DNA of 63,836 nucleotides, counting the filler, from Dimorphilus gyrociliatus (taxonomy: Eukaryota > Animalia > Annelida), in NCBI GenBank assembly GCA_904063045.1. It is 4 parts of 4 records of this genome, joined end to end, with 100 filler letters (N's around TTAATTAATTAA, not from the genome) between each part and the next. Parts side by side here need not be neighbours in the genome. Positions count along the whole stretch, not along the records: positions 28,189 to 43,224 come from CAJFCJ010000153.1; positions 43,325 to 54,839 come from CAJFCJ010000234.1; 2 more parts are not named here. The stretch is one strand, 5' to 3'. This document shows positions 39,254 through 51,682 of the stretch, piece after piece. Both the position numbers and the translations under genes were made by a program. The notes beneath the pieces were generated by a model that was given only the letters and a program-made list of their open reading frames with translations, made no database searches and was not told the origin of the DNA. Each line of letters opens with the position of its first letter. Within the stretch, counting starts at the first letter, position 1.

Positions 39254-41418
39254 TTAAGAAGGCCAAATGCTATGATAAAAGCATATTTCTTCCTTGATTG
39301 GGATATGGTGAAATGCACTTGTTAAATCTAATATTGAAAAGTATTTGTGGCCTCCTCCAAGCTTATCAAATAAGTCTTCCTGATGTGGAATTGGACAGCA
39401 ATTCTTTTTGGATTGTTTGTTAAGTTTTCTGTAATCTACAAACATTCTCAATGTTCCTTCCTTCCTTCTTTTTGACAAACACAATTGGTGAAGCAGCCCA
39501 TTGACTTTTACTTGCTCTAATAAGGCCATTTTCCAATAATCCATTTAGTTGATCCCTGCATTCCTGCTGTTTGTTAGGTGGTAATCTGTATGGTCTTTGT
39601 TTGAAAGGTTTTACATCTTCCAATAATTCAATTGCCATTGGTGGAACATCTGGTGAACCAATGTCATTCTGGTTTGTAGCAATGATGTCTTTATAATTCT
39701 TTATTATTTCTTTAAATTCTTCTCTGTTCTTATCAAGATTATTTTTGGACTCAGGTAAATAGTTATCAATCAATATTGTGCACATTTTGATTAGACAAAC
39801 GTTCCAACTCAATACTTTCCAACTGTAGTTCTTCTATCTCAGGAGTTTTTGGGGTTTTCTTTTGTTCTTTTTCAACTCTGATAGTTATTTCATCTTCTAA
39901 TTCCATGTATTGTGTTTTCATTTCCATTTCTCTAGCCAATTCAACAGATGTGATCTTAATTTCTTCCTCAGAAGAATTTATGATGATGACTGAGTCATTT
40001 TCAGAATCAATTTTGTTGCTAGTCTCAGCTTCAGATAAGTCTATGATAATAACAGAATCATTGTCAGAATCAGCTGTATTGTCAGTCTCTTCTTCAGATG
40101 AGTCTATAATAATCACTGAGTCATTATCAGCCTCACTTCCATTGTTAATTTCATCTTCAGATGAGCTTATACCATTGAATATATCCAAATCTGAGTCTGG
40201 ACCGTGATCTGGTTCAAAACTTGCTTCTGAATCATAACTTCCAGAAATCTTTTAACTGTTTCTCCTTTTCTGATAAAGAATGGAAGGGAAACTTGTTTTG
40301 TTGCAAAATTATATTGCTTAAGTTCATTGTCTCCTTCTTTCCTTGCATTATCAAAAAATATTTCTGCTCTCTTTTTGCCAATTTAATATATTGGTTAACT
40401 GAGTTAATCTTTCCATCTTTTTCCACATGATGCACAATTTTTCCTTTGAGACCATTCCTGAATACACTTAAGAGTTGAAGCTCTCTAACTCTTTCAGTGA
40501 CACAAGCCATTTCATTACTATTGAATGGTAGGAATTTTTCCACCAGTTCTTTACTTCTTCTAACAAAACTTTGAACAGTTTCATCATTAAACTGTTTCAA
40601 TCTATCAGTATCCTTTTTATAAGCCATAGGATCTGGATTAAATTCTTCATCCAATGCATCCCATATTTCATTTTCATTTGCCATGGAGGGTAAGCTTTCA
40701 GTAACATCCCTGGCTCTTCCAGTGGTGTATTTTCTCAGCATTCGAATTCTCTTTTCCTCTGTGTCCCAAAGGTTTAATTCACAAGCATTTTGAAAGTGCC
40801 TCTTAAAGGCCCAAGTATCTTTGCTACCCAGAATAGGGTCTCATCAAAGTGGTATTAGGTTTCTCATTAGCCTCAATTAGAAGACTTGCAATTGTCTTTT
40901 CCAAAGCATTATCTTGAATGCCATCATTATTTAATTTTGGTTTATTAGGATAGGGATTTGCCATGTTTCCAGAAATTATAATTGCACCAGTTGATAAGTG
41001 GTATTGCAAAAAACTATTACCATCAATTTTGGCTCCACTACCTTTAATTCTCAACATTAATTTATTTATTTTTGCAAGATACTCATCTACTTCCTTGGCT
41101 CTGGCTTTGTCATTTTCATAAACCAAAATATCATTTATTGAAGTAGTATTGTGGGCTGTTGACTGCGCCATATTTGTACTTTGTTGTATTGTAATTGTAG
41201 GAATATCTGGTTCGTCACAACAGTATTGGTCCTCTCCAATCATTTATCAATTCACCAAAGCACTCAAACAAATAGTCTCAATAAATGTAATTTATCAACA
41301 AAATACCAGTATTTCGTCTAAAGAATATGTATTGAGTAGAAACAAGTTTCTAGTTCTAAACAATCAAGTTTAAGCAACCAGTTGATGGTTAGAGAACTGA
41401 ACTATCTACTGTTGATTT
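39254..41418 (-). mobile_element. Decayed Ty3/Gypsy LTR retrotransposon: gag, acidic SIM-repeat ORF, 5' half of RT
   Basis: gag-like FKRHFQNACELNLWDTEEKRIRMLRKYTTGRARD across a frameshift; RT motifs PFKQRPYRLP, SQWAASPIVFVKKK, RMFVDYRKLN, YFSILDLTSAFHHIP. RT ends before YxDD; no protease or integrase seen. Confidence 0.88.
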
Positions 41419-41797
41419 CTGGATCGTGAAAAGAGAAAGTGCCTCCTTCAGACAATCAGACCTGATGATCCAGGCATAGAAACTTGTGATGTGGACGAAA
41501 AATGCAATTGAACATGAACATCAACATGCAGAAAATCTAAGTGTGTTCAATGATAGTCTTTCAAATGAACCAGAGTTTGATGATGATCGAAATTGTGATA
41601 GCTGCAACATGAATGACAAAGAAATGGAAGAACATATCAATGAGGATGTCATACATGTAAATCTGAATGAAGCTACAAATGTGAATGACAACTTTCAAAT
41701 AATTAAAAGTGGAAGTCAGTTGGGAAAAATGAATTGCTTATGAATGGAACAATTTATCAAACAGTTAATAGTGAAATCATTATTCATAATTGAATCA

Positions 41798-41906
41798 GGG
41801 GCTGGCAGAAAACGTCCCCAAGTTACGGGTAATTAAAGAGGTTAAGGAGAGACAAGGGCTAGGTTAGGGTAAAAGCAAAATTTTGTGCCCATTTTCCATG
41901 ACGACC
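41798..41906. mobile_element. Degenerate, internally deleted second copy of the Mutator-type MITE
   Basis: GGGGCTGGCAGAAAACGTCCCCAA left end and AAGGGCT.GGTTAGGGTAAAAGCA internal block match 18946-19152. The right TIR is decayed. Confidence 0.7.
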
Positions 41907-41927
41907 ATTATTTATCACTTGCTCATA

Positions 41928-42425
41928 TTATGTTTTGGTCTCAAAGAATTATTTGGAAATATAATTTCTTTGTTATTACAATTCAAATTGGGCAATCTAT
42001 TGAAAGTCTATATGGTAGTTTAGATTTTGGGAGATTTTGTAACTTCTCTCTACATTTTTAGTATAGCAGTCGTTGATTAGTATTTTAGAAATGATTATAT
42101 GGAAAACGACGAATTGTGGGGCACAAGTGTATTTTGCTTTCTATTAGGATCGTCAATGATATTTTCAATACTTCTCTCATTGGCAGACTCTGTTTGATGA
42201 CATAAGAAAGGCAAATTGAAATATATTTACTTAAATGGAACAGCATTTAATGAAAGAGACGCTATAGAGAATGCGAAATATTTGCAGGGTTTAAGATTTT
42301 TAAAAGGAAACAGTTTTCATCTTTGTTGTTCAGTATGGAAATCTGTTGGATTGGATGTTGTATGTCATCCTTCAACTTTGGCATTCTTCACCTGTTCTAA
42401 TTTAGTAGATTCAAGTGAGAAGTCA
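41928..42425 (+). pseudogene. GRL101-like fragment with rearranged order (TM1-TM3, then last LRR and hinge)
   Basis: DFVTSLYIFSIAVVD*YFRNDYMENDELW (TM2/ECL1, stop at 42078) precedes LKGNSFHLCCSVWK...FTCSNLV (pre-TM1 hinge). Confidence 0.7.
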
Positions 42426-43224
42426 ACAGACTGTAATACCTTTTTCCTTCAAATTTTTTGTAGAACACTACCAGTGTTTTTCATGTTGTATATTACCAGA
42501 TTTTTTCCTGCTCTAAATTGAAAAGATAAATATTGGAAAATTTGCTATTAATAAAGTAGCGACCAATCAACAGGTAATGATGAAGAGTTAATTGTTAAAA
42601 GCAACAATTTGAAATATCTAGTCTTTGTAAACAGGAAGATGATTTTAAGCTATCACATGTATTCTTTAATCCATTTCTAAGATTTGAATGGGCGTCCAGA
42701 CTTACTTCTTGAATCATAGAACACTCTTTTAGCAAAAGACACAACCATAATCATGCTTTTGGAGATAAGAAAAGGAAATTTTTTGTAAAGAAGATTTGAA
42801 AGCTATCAATCTTTTGCATATATCCTCAAATCCATAAAATTAATCTTTCAATAAAATGTATCACATGAAAACCCCTGTTCCTTCCTATTTACTAACACAT
42901 TAATAATTAGAATGTAACAAACTTCAAATAACTTTATACTTTTTTCAAAACAGTATGTCTTTCTTTCTTTGTCTTGCCCTAGTTAGGCCCCATTCTGAAT
43001 ATTGAATAGAATCTTTCAACACAGCAGCTGAAACTAAAGATGAAACTTTGTAAGAATTTATTGATTATAAATTATTTTTCTTTAAAATGTCTATTGTACA
43101 ACTTTCGTTCTATTTTATTCTTATACTATTATCTATAACTTAGTTAAAACCTACTTGAGGGAATACAATAACATGTGGCCTAACACAGACATTGGTTTGT
43201 CATACTTAAGGTTTATCCTTAAGT

Positions 43225-43324
43225 NNNNNNNNNNNNNNNNNNNNNNNNNNNNNNNNNNNNNNNNNNNNTTAATTAATTAANNNNNNNNNNNNNNNNNNNN
43301 NNNNNNNNNNNNNNNNNNNNNNNN
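43225..43324. other. Artificial contig-joining linker
   Basis: N44-TTAATTAATTAA-N44. Confidence 0.97.
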
Positions 43325-44350
43325 TAAGAACATATTTGATAAAGTTTCATAAAGGTATTTAAAGGGCATTCCGGATAATCGAGCTGAGCATTTTGAATAA
43401 ACTTGCTCAACTCATCACTGATGAGTTTTTTTGTGTTTTTTTTGTGGCTGATACATTGTACTTTGTAGGAAAATCTTGTATTGAAAGACTTTCTGGTAGC
43501 CTGGTCGCAGGTTGTAAACTTGAAGTTTGTTTCACGCTAGTTTCTTCCACTTTAATATTCATTTGTGCAAAATTTTCAAACAAACTCGAGTTCTTTTGAT
43601 ATAAGTGAAGTAAGATAATTCTTGAATTGGTTAGATCTTTATCTAAATTTATCCAAAATCTTGGATCTAACAAGACTAACAACCTGAACAAATTGCTTTC
43701 AAAGATATGTGAACATCTATCTTTGATTTTATCTGTTAAATTCCTTGCATAATCATTTGTTTTCGGGAAAATGAAAAATTTTCGAGCATGTGCATATAAA
43801 AAACGTAAAATTCATTGATCAAAAAAGTTTCTCTTTGCAGAAGAACGTTGAAGTCGCAACAAATCACAATGCTTGTGTGATTTTGCCGATTTCTTGTCAT
43901 TCTTTCTGTAACACACTCAATTTATGATCTTCTAAGGATTTATTTCTATTTTTTTCTAATGTGAGTGTCAAAGATCTTCTGATGGAGACTGATACATTAG
44001 AAAGAGTATTTGGAACTATATTCTCACTTATAAATCTTTTTCATGTACTTTTTGGTAGATTCTCATCATGTCTGTAAAATTTGAAAGATAGTATTTTTCG
44101 TGTATGTTTACTAAGTGAGATCGATGGGAGTTCAAATGATATCCTCCATTGAGAATATATGTGCATTTTTCTTTTTCACTTTGTGACAATATGCATTTGA
44201 AATCTTGATTGTGTTGTGAATAGCATGAAAGAACACTCTTTTTTCTAGTGAGTGATCTATTACGTTTTCACCACCTAGAAGCTCTTTCGATTTTGTCATT
44301 CCTATTTGAAGGGAAAAAAATTTCAAAAATTCTGGGAAATCACTATAATA

Positions 44351-45360
44351 CAGTTGGATCTCGATTTGTGTGGCCTGGGACTTTGTGACTCTGTTTTATG
44401 CACTGAGATCAAAGAGATTTTCAAAAAAATAAAGGCCAAATCAGCTCCTTTAAAATTTTTACATTTTAAAATTATATTGATCAAGCCCTCATACTTCAAA
44501 ATGTCGAAAAAGTCCCAGAAAAAATCTCTCAAAAGCATGAAGTCAAGAAATGTGATAACTCTCAAGCAAAAACAAGAAATATTGAATTTACATCTCAAAG
44601 GCCATAAAAATCATCAAATAATGCAAATTTTATCACTTGGAGAATCAACAATAGGTGGTATCATAAAAAAACAAAGATCCTATTTTGGAAGCAGTTGCAA
44701 ACGCGAAAACAATATTGGTGATTTCGAAAATAAAACACACTTCTTTGCAAAAGACTGAGGAAATCTTGAAAAATTAGCTTTTGGATTGTGTTGATAAAAA
44801 TATAATGATCAATAAACCTATCATACAGGCGAAAGCAATCAGTTTTCGAAAAAGTAACCGAATCAGATGGTGAAGACTCAAGAAAGATCGAATTTGTCGC
44901 AAGCAATGGTTGGTTTGAGCTTTTCAAAAAGAGATACGATTTACACCAAATTGTCATTCAAGGTGAATGAGCAGACACAGATTCACAAGCGGCATATAAT
45001 TTTTCAAAATGGCTTCAAGATTTTATAAAAAACAATGAAATTTCAGAGGAGCTCATCTTTAATGTCAATGAATCCGGGCTTTTTTATAAGGCTGTGCCAA
45101 AAACAAGCTACGTTGTCAAAACTTAAGAGCAAATCAAAGGTCATTAAAAAAACAAAGATCTAATAACATTTTTGCCTGGCAGCAATGCAACAGGATCTTG
45201 CAAATTTTAAGCCATTGGTTATCTGTAAATCCAAAAGACCTCTCTGTTTCTGAAGCAACAACATAGAAGATCTCGAATTCATTTATGATAGGAATGATTC
45301 CAGCTGGATGAAAAAGGATAATTTTGAAACTGATTCCAGTCTGATTTCATTCCGGCTGTC
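44351..45360 (+). mobile_element. Tigger/pogo-family transposase remnant
   Basis: TA-CAGTTGGATCTCG left end; HTH_psq-like RNVITLKQKQEIL from ATG 44501; CENP-B HTH EFVASNGWFELFKKRY; IFNVNESGLFY (DETG-like); SNATG. Many frameshifts; right TIR not found. Confidence 0.85.
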
Positions 45361-46079
45361 GAAAATTTCTGCAAATCAAAAAATTTACAAAACCAGAACC
45401 CTAAGCCCAAAAATATTCGGCCAGTAAAACAAACAAATTTGCCTTAGAATCTTCCAAAAGCATTTTCAACTTTCATGAATGCTATTGCAAATAATTATAG
45501 ATTTTCGTTACTGATAAGATTGAGTTGCGTTGAAACTGTTGCTTGATTTCTGGTAACCCTGACTAAATTTGAATCACCAACAACATAGTACTTGGAATCA
45601 GATAATTGTTCCATTAACCTGTCAAATGTAGAACATCTGAGAATAAAACTGTCATGTGAGGCGACTTTTGCCTATTTCAGGGCAAATTCTGTTCTGGGTG
45701 ACTTCTGTCCTGGGCAACTTCAATCGTATTCATTTTTTGTGATTATTCAGGGTAAACTTTAATCATATAAGAAAAAAATTTTATTATTAAAGAACCCCGT
45801 ACAATAAAACTTTCAGCATTTTTTTATATATAAGATATGCTATAATCTGTCTGTCTGATAAAATGGTGAGCTGTGCTTAAATTCTTAAGACTTACATATA
45901 TTGTTTAATTTTAACTCTTTGACGATAAAAGGAATCCTATAGGTTTCTTTCCTAGAGAGCACTCTATGGTTAGGCTGAACAAAATTTGGGCTTTGTAAAA
46001 CAATTGCTATATATGAACTTTTTACAGAGAAACAATCTCAGAATTATTAAATTAATTGTAGCACATCTGGTTGTCTGAG

Positions 46080-46620
46080 AATATTTTTCATTTTGTTGTA
46101 AAACATCAGAGAATAAATGCCAAAAATGCCAAAGTTCAATGCATTATTGACCAATTACAGGTGCAAAAATGTTCACTTTGTTAGATGTCCAAAAAGGCTT
46201 TTTCCAAATCAAGGTACAGGAAAAAGATAGACATAAAATAGCATTTTTTGTAAATGGGCAGAAATAGGAATTTAGGTGTACACCTATGAGATTCAAAAAT
46301 AGTGCTCAGTCTTTTGAAAGCATTTTGAATCCAGAGATATATGAGTATATTGTACATGGGGTTCAAGTTTTGCAAATGATGTCATAATATATGTTTACAG
46401 AAATACAATATGATGAATCAAGCAAAAAAAGTACTCAAAATTCTAAGAAAAAAAATCTAAAAGTTGTTTTTGAAGAAATGAAATTTTCAAATAAATTAAT
46501 AGTTTTCCTAAATCAAATTATCGATAGAAAGCATGCTAAGGTGCCAAAAAGGAAAATACAACACAGATTGAAATATATTTTTTTGTGAAGCAAATTGTGT
46601 TCTTGGTTAAAATTTTTTAC
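46080..46620 (+). mobile_element. Gypsy-type reverse transcriptase remnant
   Basis: LLDVQKGFFQIKVQEKDRHKIAF...EF...PMRFKNSAQSF and FANDVIIY (degenerate YxDD), with stops. Confidence 0.75.
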
Positions 46621-47284
46621 AATAAGATTATTTCATGTATCTTGAGAATTGATTTCTCTGTTAAACACTCAGCTTTTAAATTGTAAATTATATTTAGAAT
46701 TCTTTAGAGCTGTAATATTCTGACACAAACTAGTATTTTGACTTTTTTACAAATGCTAGCAATGTTGGGATGGGTGTGATTTAAATGCAAAATAAGAAAA
46801 TGGAAACATAAAACGTAGTTCTTTTTAAATAACTTTAATAGTTTAAAATCTTTTAAACTTTCTTGCTATATTGCTTGGTGTTACATAAAAAGTAGGTCAC
46901 TTGAGCTCAATACTTTTTCAATACTACCTATGTGTGAGGAGTACTGGTTGATAAATATATTTTGTGCATGGTTATACTAAAATACTGCTGAATATCTTTT
47001 CTTTTTTAACAGAAACAATTATTTTCCTTGGTTTGTATCAATATCATTTCAGATGTAAAATATAGAAATATATTTAGAAATTGTTTTAATGGAAAATAAT
47101 GGATTTTAAATGATAAACAACTAAAAAAATAACCGTTTTTGCTAATTTGAATACTTATTTTGTTTGGTATACCTACAGCAGACAACTTCTCAACATTTTC
47201 GAATTATTAAAGTCTGAATACCAACTGAATCTAAATTATGGAGTAGGTATAAATATTATTTGATCCAAATTGAATATCTAGCTC

Positions 47285-48622
47285 ATGTTTCATAGATATG
47301 ACCTATCTGGAAGACCATCTGAATGTAAGAGTGGAGGCTGTCAAGAAAATGATAAAGATTTTCCATTTGCTTGCATTGCTAAAGGACAAAAAGTTGAAGA
47401 TATCTTAGAACATCTAAACATTTCTTCAAGTGAAACACATATTGTGAATGTGGAAAAGATTACAAGTAATAACAAAGTGTGTTTTAATGAAAGTGAAATA
47501 AAAAGCATTGATGGCGCAGGAAAAAAATATCTTTTGGTAATTAGAATCAGAAAAAATCATTCATGTAGTTGGAAGAATGCAGCTGTTGCTCTCCAAATTA
47601 ATGAAGCATTGAAACTAGAACAGGTTAACAAGCTGTCTGAAAAAATTATATCAGAGATTCCTAATCTAACTTTGCAAGAAAGATCTAATGAGTGCAAATG
47701 TAGCCGAAAGAAAATGAACACTTCCTTATCATTGACACTGGGTTGTACTCGACATAAGACTTCACCTTACTGCAAATACAGTAGATCAAAAAAAATTGAA
47801 AAATTCAAAGGAATCAATAAAGGTAAAGTATTCAGGCTTTTTTTGTATATTATTATATATAATATATTCCTTTTCAAAAACAGCAACTGCAAGACAAATT
47901 GTTGATATCTGTGATAAAACTGGTCATAAATTGTTGAAACATTGTCCACAAATCTATGACATTATGTTCAAAAGTAACTCCTGCAGAATTGGAAAAGTCA
48001 ACAAATGCTTTGGCATGGTCACATTAATTTCAGATGTTATTTGTCACAGTCACACAGATAAAAACAATGAGAGTGGATCAATAACAGCATTAGTAGGACT
48101 GAAACAAAGAAAAAGATATTGTGAACAGTTTCATATGCTTAAAGATTATAAGAAGATAATGGTTGAACAAGAAGAAGATGATCTTCCCATTGGATTTCTG
48201 ACTCCGCCAGGTAGTATTACATTTGAAATGTCTCACAGAGAGGAGCATGGAACAACTTTTGTTCCACATCAAAATGCCAGAGATCCAGACAGGCTAATAT
48301 TGGCTTACACAAATTTTTATCATTTCCTGACCATGGTAAGCAAGAGAGATTGCTACATAATCTAATCACAGTTGATAAAGAAAAGTGAAATGCCGCTGAG
48401 AAAGAAAAAAAAGTAGACAGTCTGAGAGAATTGGAAGCAACCTTTGTTCCCAAACATCTATTGAAAGGAAAAAGAAAACGAAAATTTATAAAAAGAACTA
48501 GACTAGAAAAGGATAATAGAAATGCAAAAAGAAGAGCTTTGGCAATGGAGAAGAACTGCAAAGATACAGGAAACAGCTCTGATAGCAGTTGCATTGAAGA
48601 AGAGTTATCCCAGTCACCCTAA
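47285..48622 (+). CDS. TET: Compact TET-family Fe(II)/2OG methylcytosine dioxygenase (Cys-rich plus DSBH only); exons 47285-47822 and 47884-48365; probable 1-nt frameshift near 48314-48325; tail ORF to 48622
   Basis: Colinear with the animal TET catalytic domain: RIRKNHSC (GHTC), ECKC (TCAC), LTLGC...YCKYSRSK (FSFGC...GCKFARSK), SCRIG (ECRLG), ICHSHTDKNN (FCAHAHRDLHN), EQFHMLKDYK (EQLHVLPLYK), GSITFEMSHREEHGTT (GSILIECAKRELHATT), DPDRL (HPTRI). A 61 bp GT-AG intron joins the two ORFs in frame. Confidence 0.9.
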
Positions 48623-49739
48623 CTTTATCAATTATCTGCTTATCCATTTTATACTCTGGTTATATGTAGATTAGCTATGTGTTGTTTTTTATTAGTACAG
48701 GTTACTCCGTAACATTTTATATAAGAAGCAAGTAATATGATTGTTGAAATTGGATGTAGGACAAAAGTATATAAACTTTTCTGGCTTTTTTCACAATAAT
48801 AAACCTATATGTAGATTGTCTATATATTTTCCTCCTCCTTTTGAAATGTCTTCTCTTTTCAAAAAAAATGACTGAAAACTAATCCCAGTTAGATGTTGAT
48901 CAAGTTGTTTATTGGAAATTATTAACCAAATAGAAATCAAAACAAAAGATATCTAGAGATAGCACATTTCTCTTACAAGTTACATTTTGATATTTATATA
49001 TATATTTCGGTTTTTCAAAAAAAATTTCTATTATCAAAATAAAAATTTTCATAATTTGATATATATATGGTGTAATTTTTTTAATTTTCAATATTTTTAA
49101 GACTTGAACATTTTATTGACAAGAGAAATATTTACTCTATTAAATACAAACCAAAAATACTATAAATTCTTAAACTTTTTATTAAAACTAATTCAACAAT
49201 AAAACTAAATCCAAATATTTTTTTTCAGTGTTCATTTTATTTGCATAGTTGCTTATTAATATTTTTTACAAAATAAATGTTAAAAACAATAATTATTCAC
49301 AGAAAACAGATTTTGTTCAAAAGTTAAATCTAAAGTTGTATGTTGTATAGATGAAATTAGAGATCATATCATAGAAAAACCCTGTGCTTTTTATCTTTTC
49401 TTCCCTTCTAATATTTTCCTTTTTCTAAATGAAAACTTAAAATATAATTGAACAAGTTTCACTCAAGTGGGCTGCTTTGATCCCAATGAAAAACACCAGA
49501 GCTAACCTGAACTGATTATTTTTCCATATTTTTTCCTTTCATCCCTTTCCCTCATTATTTTTAATCTGAAAAGTTCATTTCATTTCTTAAATCTCAACAA
49601 AAATTCAACTTTACTAATAGTCATTTTTTTTCCTTTTTTTTTCTCTTAAAAATAATGTAAAAATAGAAGAAGTTAGTAATTTTCTTTAACGCAAGGAAAG
49701 GCATTAGCTGTTTATTTTTAATTTATTTATAAATCCTAG

Positions 49740-51230
49740 ATTGTACCACTGGACTATACTGTATTAACAGTTTTTGCTAATGATAAAGATTCCAATAAAA
49801 ATGGTGAAATTACGTGCAATATTGAACCTGCATTAAATGTTAGGAATGACGGAAAAGATCACTTTAAGATTTTATCTTCTGGAGAATTTAAATAGCCAAA
49901 GCATTGGATTATGAAGCTTTAGCAATTACTGGCGATGGTAGTTTCTAACTAAATGTCTCTGCATCTGATAATTCGGATACTTCGAAATTTCGACTTTAAC
50001 AACAAGTTGACTTTGAACAACTACCCGATGCCATAAGTTTTAGAGTTCAAACCAGGGAGTTAAATGTTCTAAATGGAAAAACGACCCTTGAATCATTCAG
50101 CATAAAAGTTGTTGATGTTAATGATAACAAACCAAGATTTTCTACATCAGATAATCTTGTATTCATTAAAGAAATAGAGAATCCTGAGCCAACAGTAGTT
50201 TATACTGTTAGCACAAGTGATGCCGATTCTGGAGACTTTGGAAATGTTACTTATTCTATAACATCTGGAGATAATGGGAAATTCGAAATCAATAAATTAA
50301 TCATTGTTTTTTTATAATTCTAATCAATTTTTTCCCCCATTTTTTTTTAATAGACCTCAACAACAACCCTAGTTGTTACCGTGACTGATATTAATGATAA
50401 TTCACCTGAGCTAGGAGAGACTGTGAAAGAGCTGTTTGTTGATGAGGGTAAGAGTAATATTATTGTTGATGGTAGAATTTGGGGTAATGACAAAGATGAA
50501 GGAGCAAATGGACAAGTTCGTTTCAGAATTGAAAATAACAAACACTTCTGTATTGATGAAAACACAGGAAATATGTACACAAAAACGGCATTAGATTATG
50601 AAACTAAAAAAATCCATAAGGTCCCTGTCATCCTCATTGATAGGGGAACACCACCTGTAGTTTATATAATTATATAACCATTAATGTCAATGACCTTGAA
50701 GATGAAATACCAATATTTGATAAGACTAGTTATCAAGCCACTGTAAATGAAAATGATGATAATGCATATGTTGCTACTGTTTTGGTTTGTATTTATATTT
50801 TTTTACCAAGTTTTCTCAATTATTTATAATAATTTCACTTAACTAAAGGCAAGGGACGCCCATGCAAATAAATCGGTAACTTATAAATTCAGCTGTAATG
50901 AAAACAACCTTTTCAAGATAAATCAAACAAATGGAGAAATTCGAACAGTTGTCAACCTAGATTATGAATTATCATGTCGGCATACAGTTATAGTTTCAAC
51001 TGAGGAAGCTGCAAATAACATAAATTATCTATATTCACTATATAGGGGTTCTATTGACATAGAAGCATTTTTGCAATTATTTAACAAGAAAATTGTTGTA
51101 TATGGTAAACGGTTTCATAAATACATAATTGTGGAAATGACAAATATGCATGATGCCAACATTAACCAGATCCACTGCTTAATGTACAAAGATTACCATT
51201 ATAATCCCATTGTAAATCAAGTTACAATAG
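49740..51230 (+). pseudogene. Cadherin-repeat (protocadherin/FAT-like) pseudogene fragment
   Basis: Calcium-binding motifs DKD...NG, VVDVNDNKPRF, DADSG, TDINDNSP, LDYE, DRGTPP. Multiple frameshifts and stops. Confidence 0.85.
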
Positions 51231-51591
51231 GTAAGTTTAATAAAATAGTTGGTTTTAATCTGTACTATCTTTATTTAATTTCTACAGATTCTGTTCAGGG
51301 TTAGATAACAGCCTTACAACTAACCTAAACTATTATAGTCAACAACATCAACTTTACAAATTTCTGTTAATGTTCCTTATGTATGTAAACAAGTTGTGGA
51401 TTGTTAGGGAAAAATCAGTTCATAGTATTAATCCTAACAGTTTGTTAGATGCCATTTTGCTCAGTATTAATAATATATTTGTTTCTATAATCTGAAAAAC
51501 ATTGATTACAATAAACATTTTCTTTATAAAACATGGGTTAGTCAAAAACCATTGTATCAAGCACAAACTTCGATGCTTAATATCTCTAATT

Positions 51592-51682
51592 CCAAGCCCA
51601 CAATTTTTTTTAATTTTTGATATGTGTTTTAGTAATATGTTATAAGGCTATATTCAAAAAATAAAAAAAATCGTGGGCTTGG
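51592..51682. repeat. Foldback: ~30 bp inverted arms, probably part of a non-autonomous DNA transposon
   Basis: CCAAGCCCACAATTTTTTTTAATTTTTGA (51592-51620) pairs with TCAAAAAATAAAAAAAATCGTGGGCTTGG (51654-51682). Confidence 0.7.

Noticed and set aside
43325-44130. LINE APE-endonuclease remnant (IVICCDFN resembling GDFN)
   Set aside because: Only a single degenerate motif; no other endonuclease or RT motifs could be confirmed.
46700-49700. Mini-TET as cargo of a KDZ/Zisupton-type transposon
   Set aside because: No KDZ transposase, CxC domain, TIRs or TSDs are visible around the gene; the association is not supported within this window.
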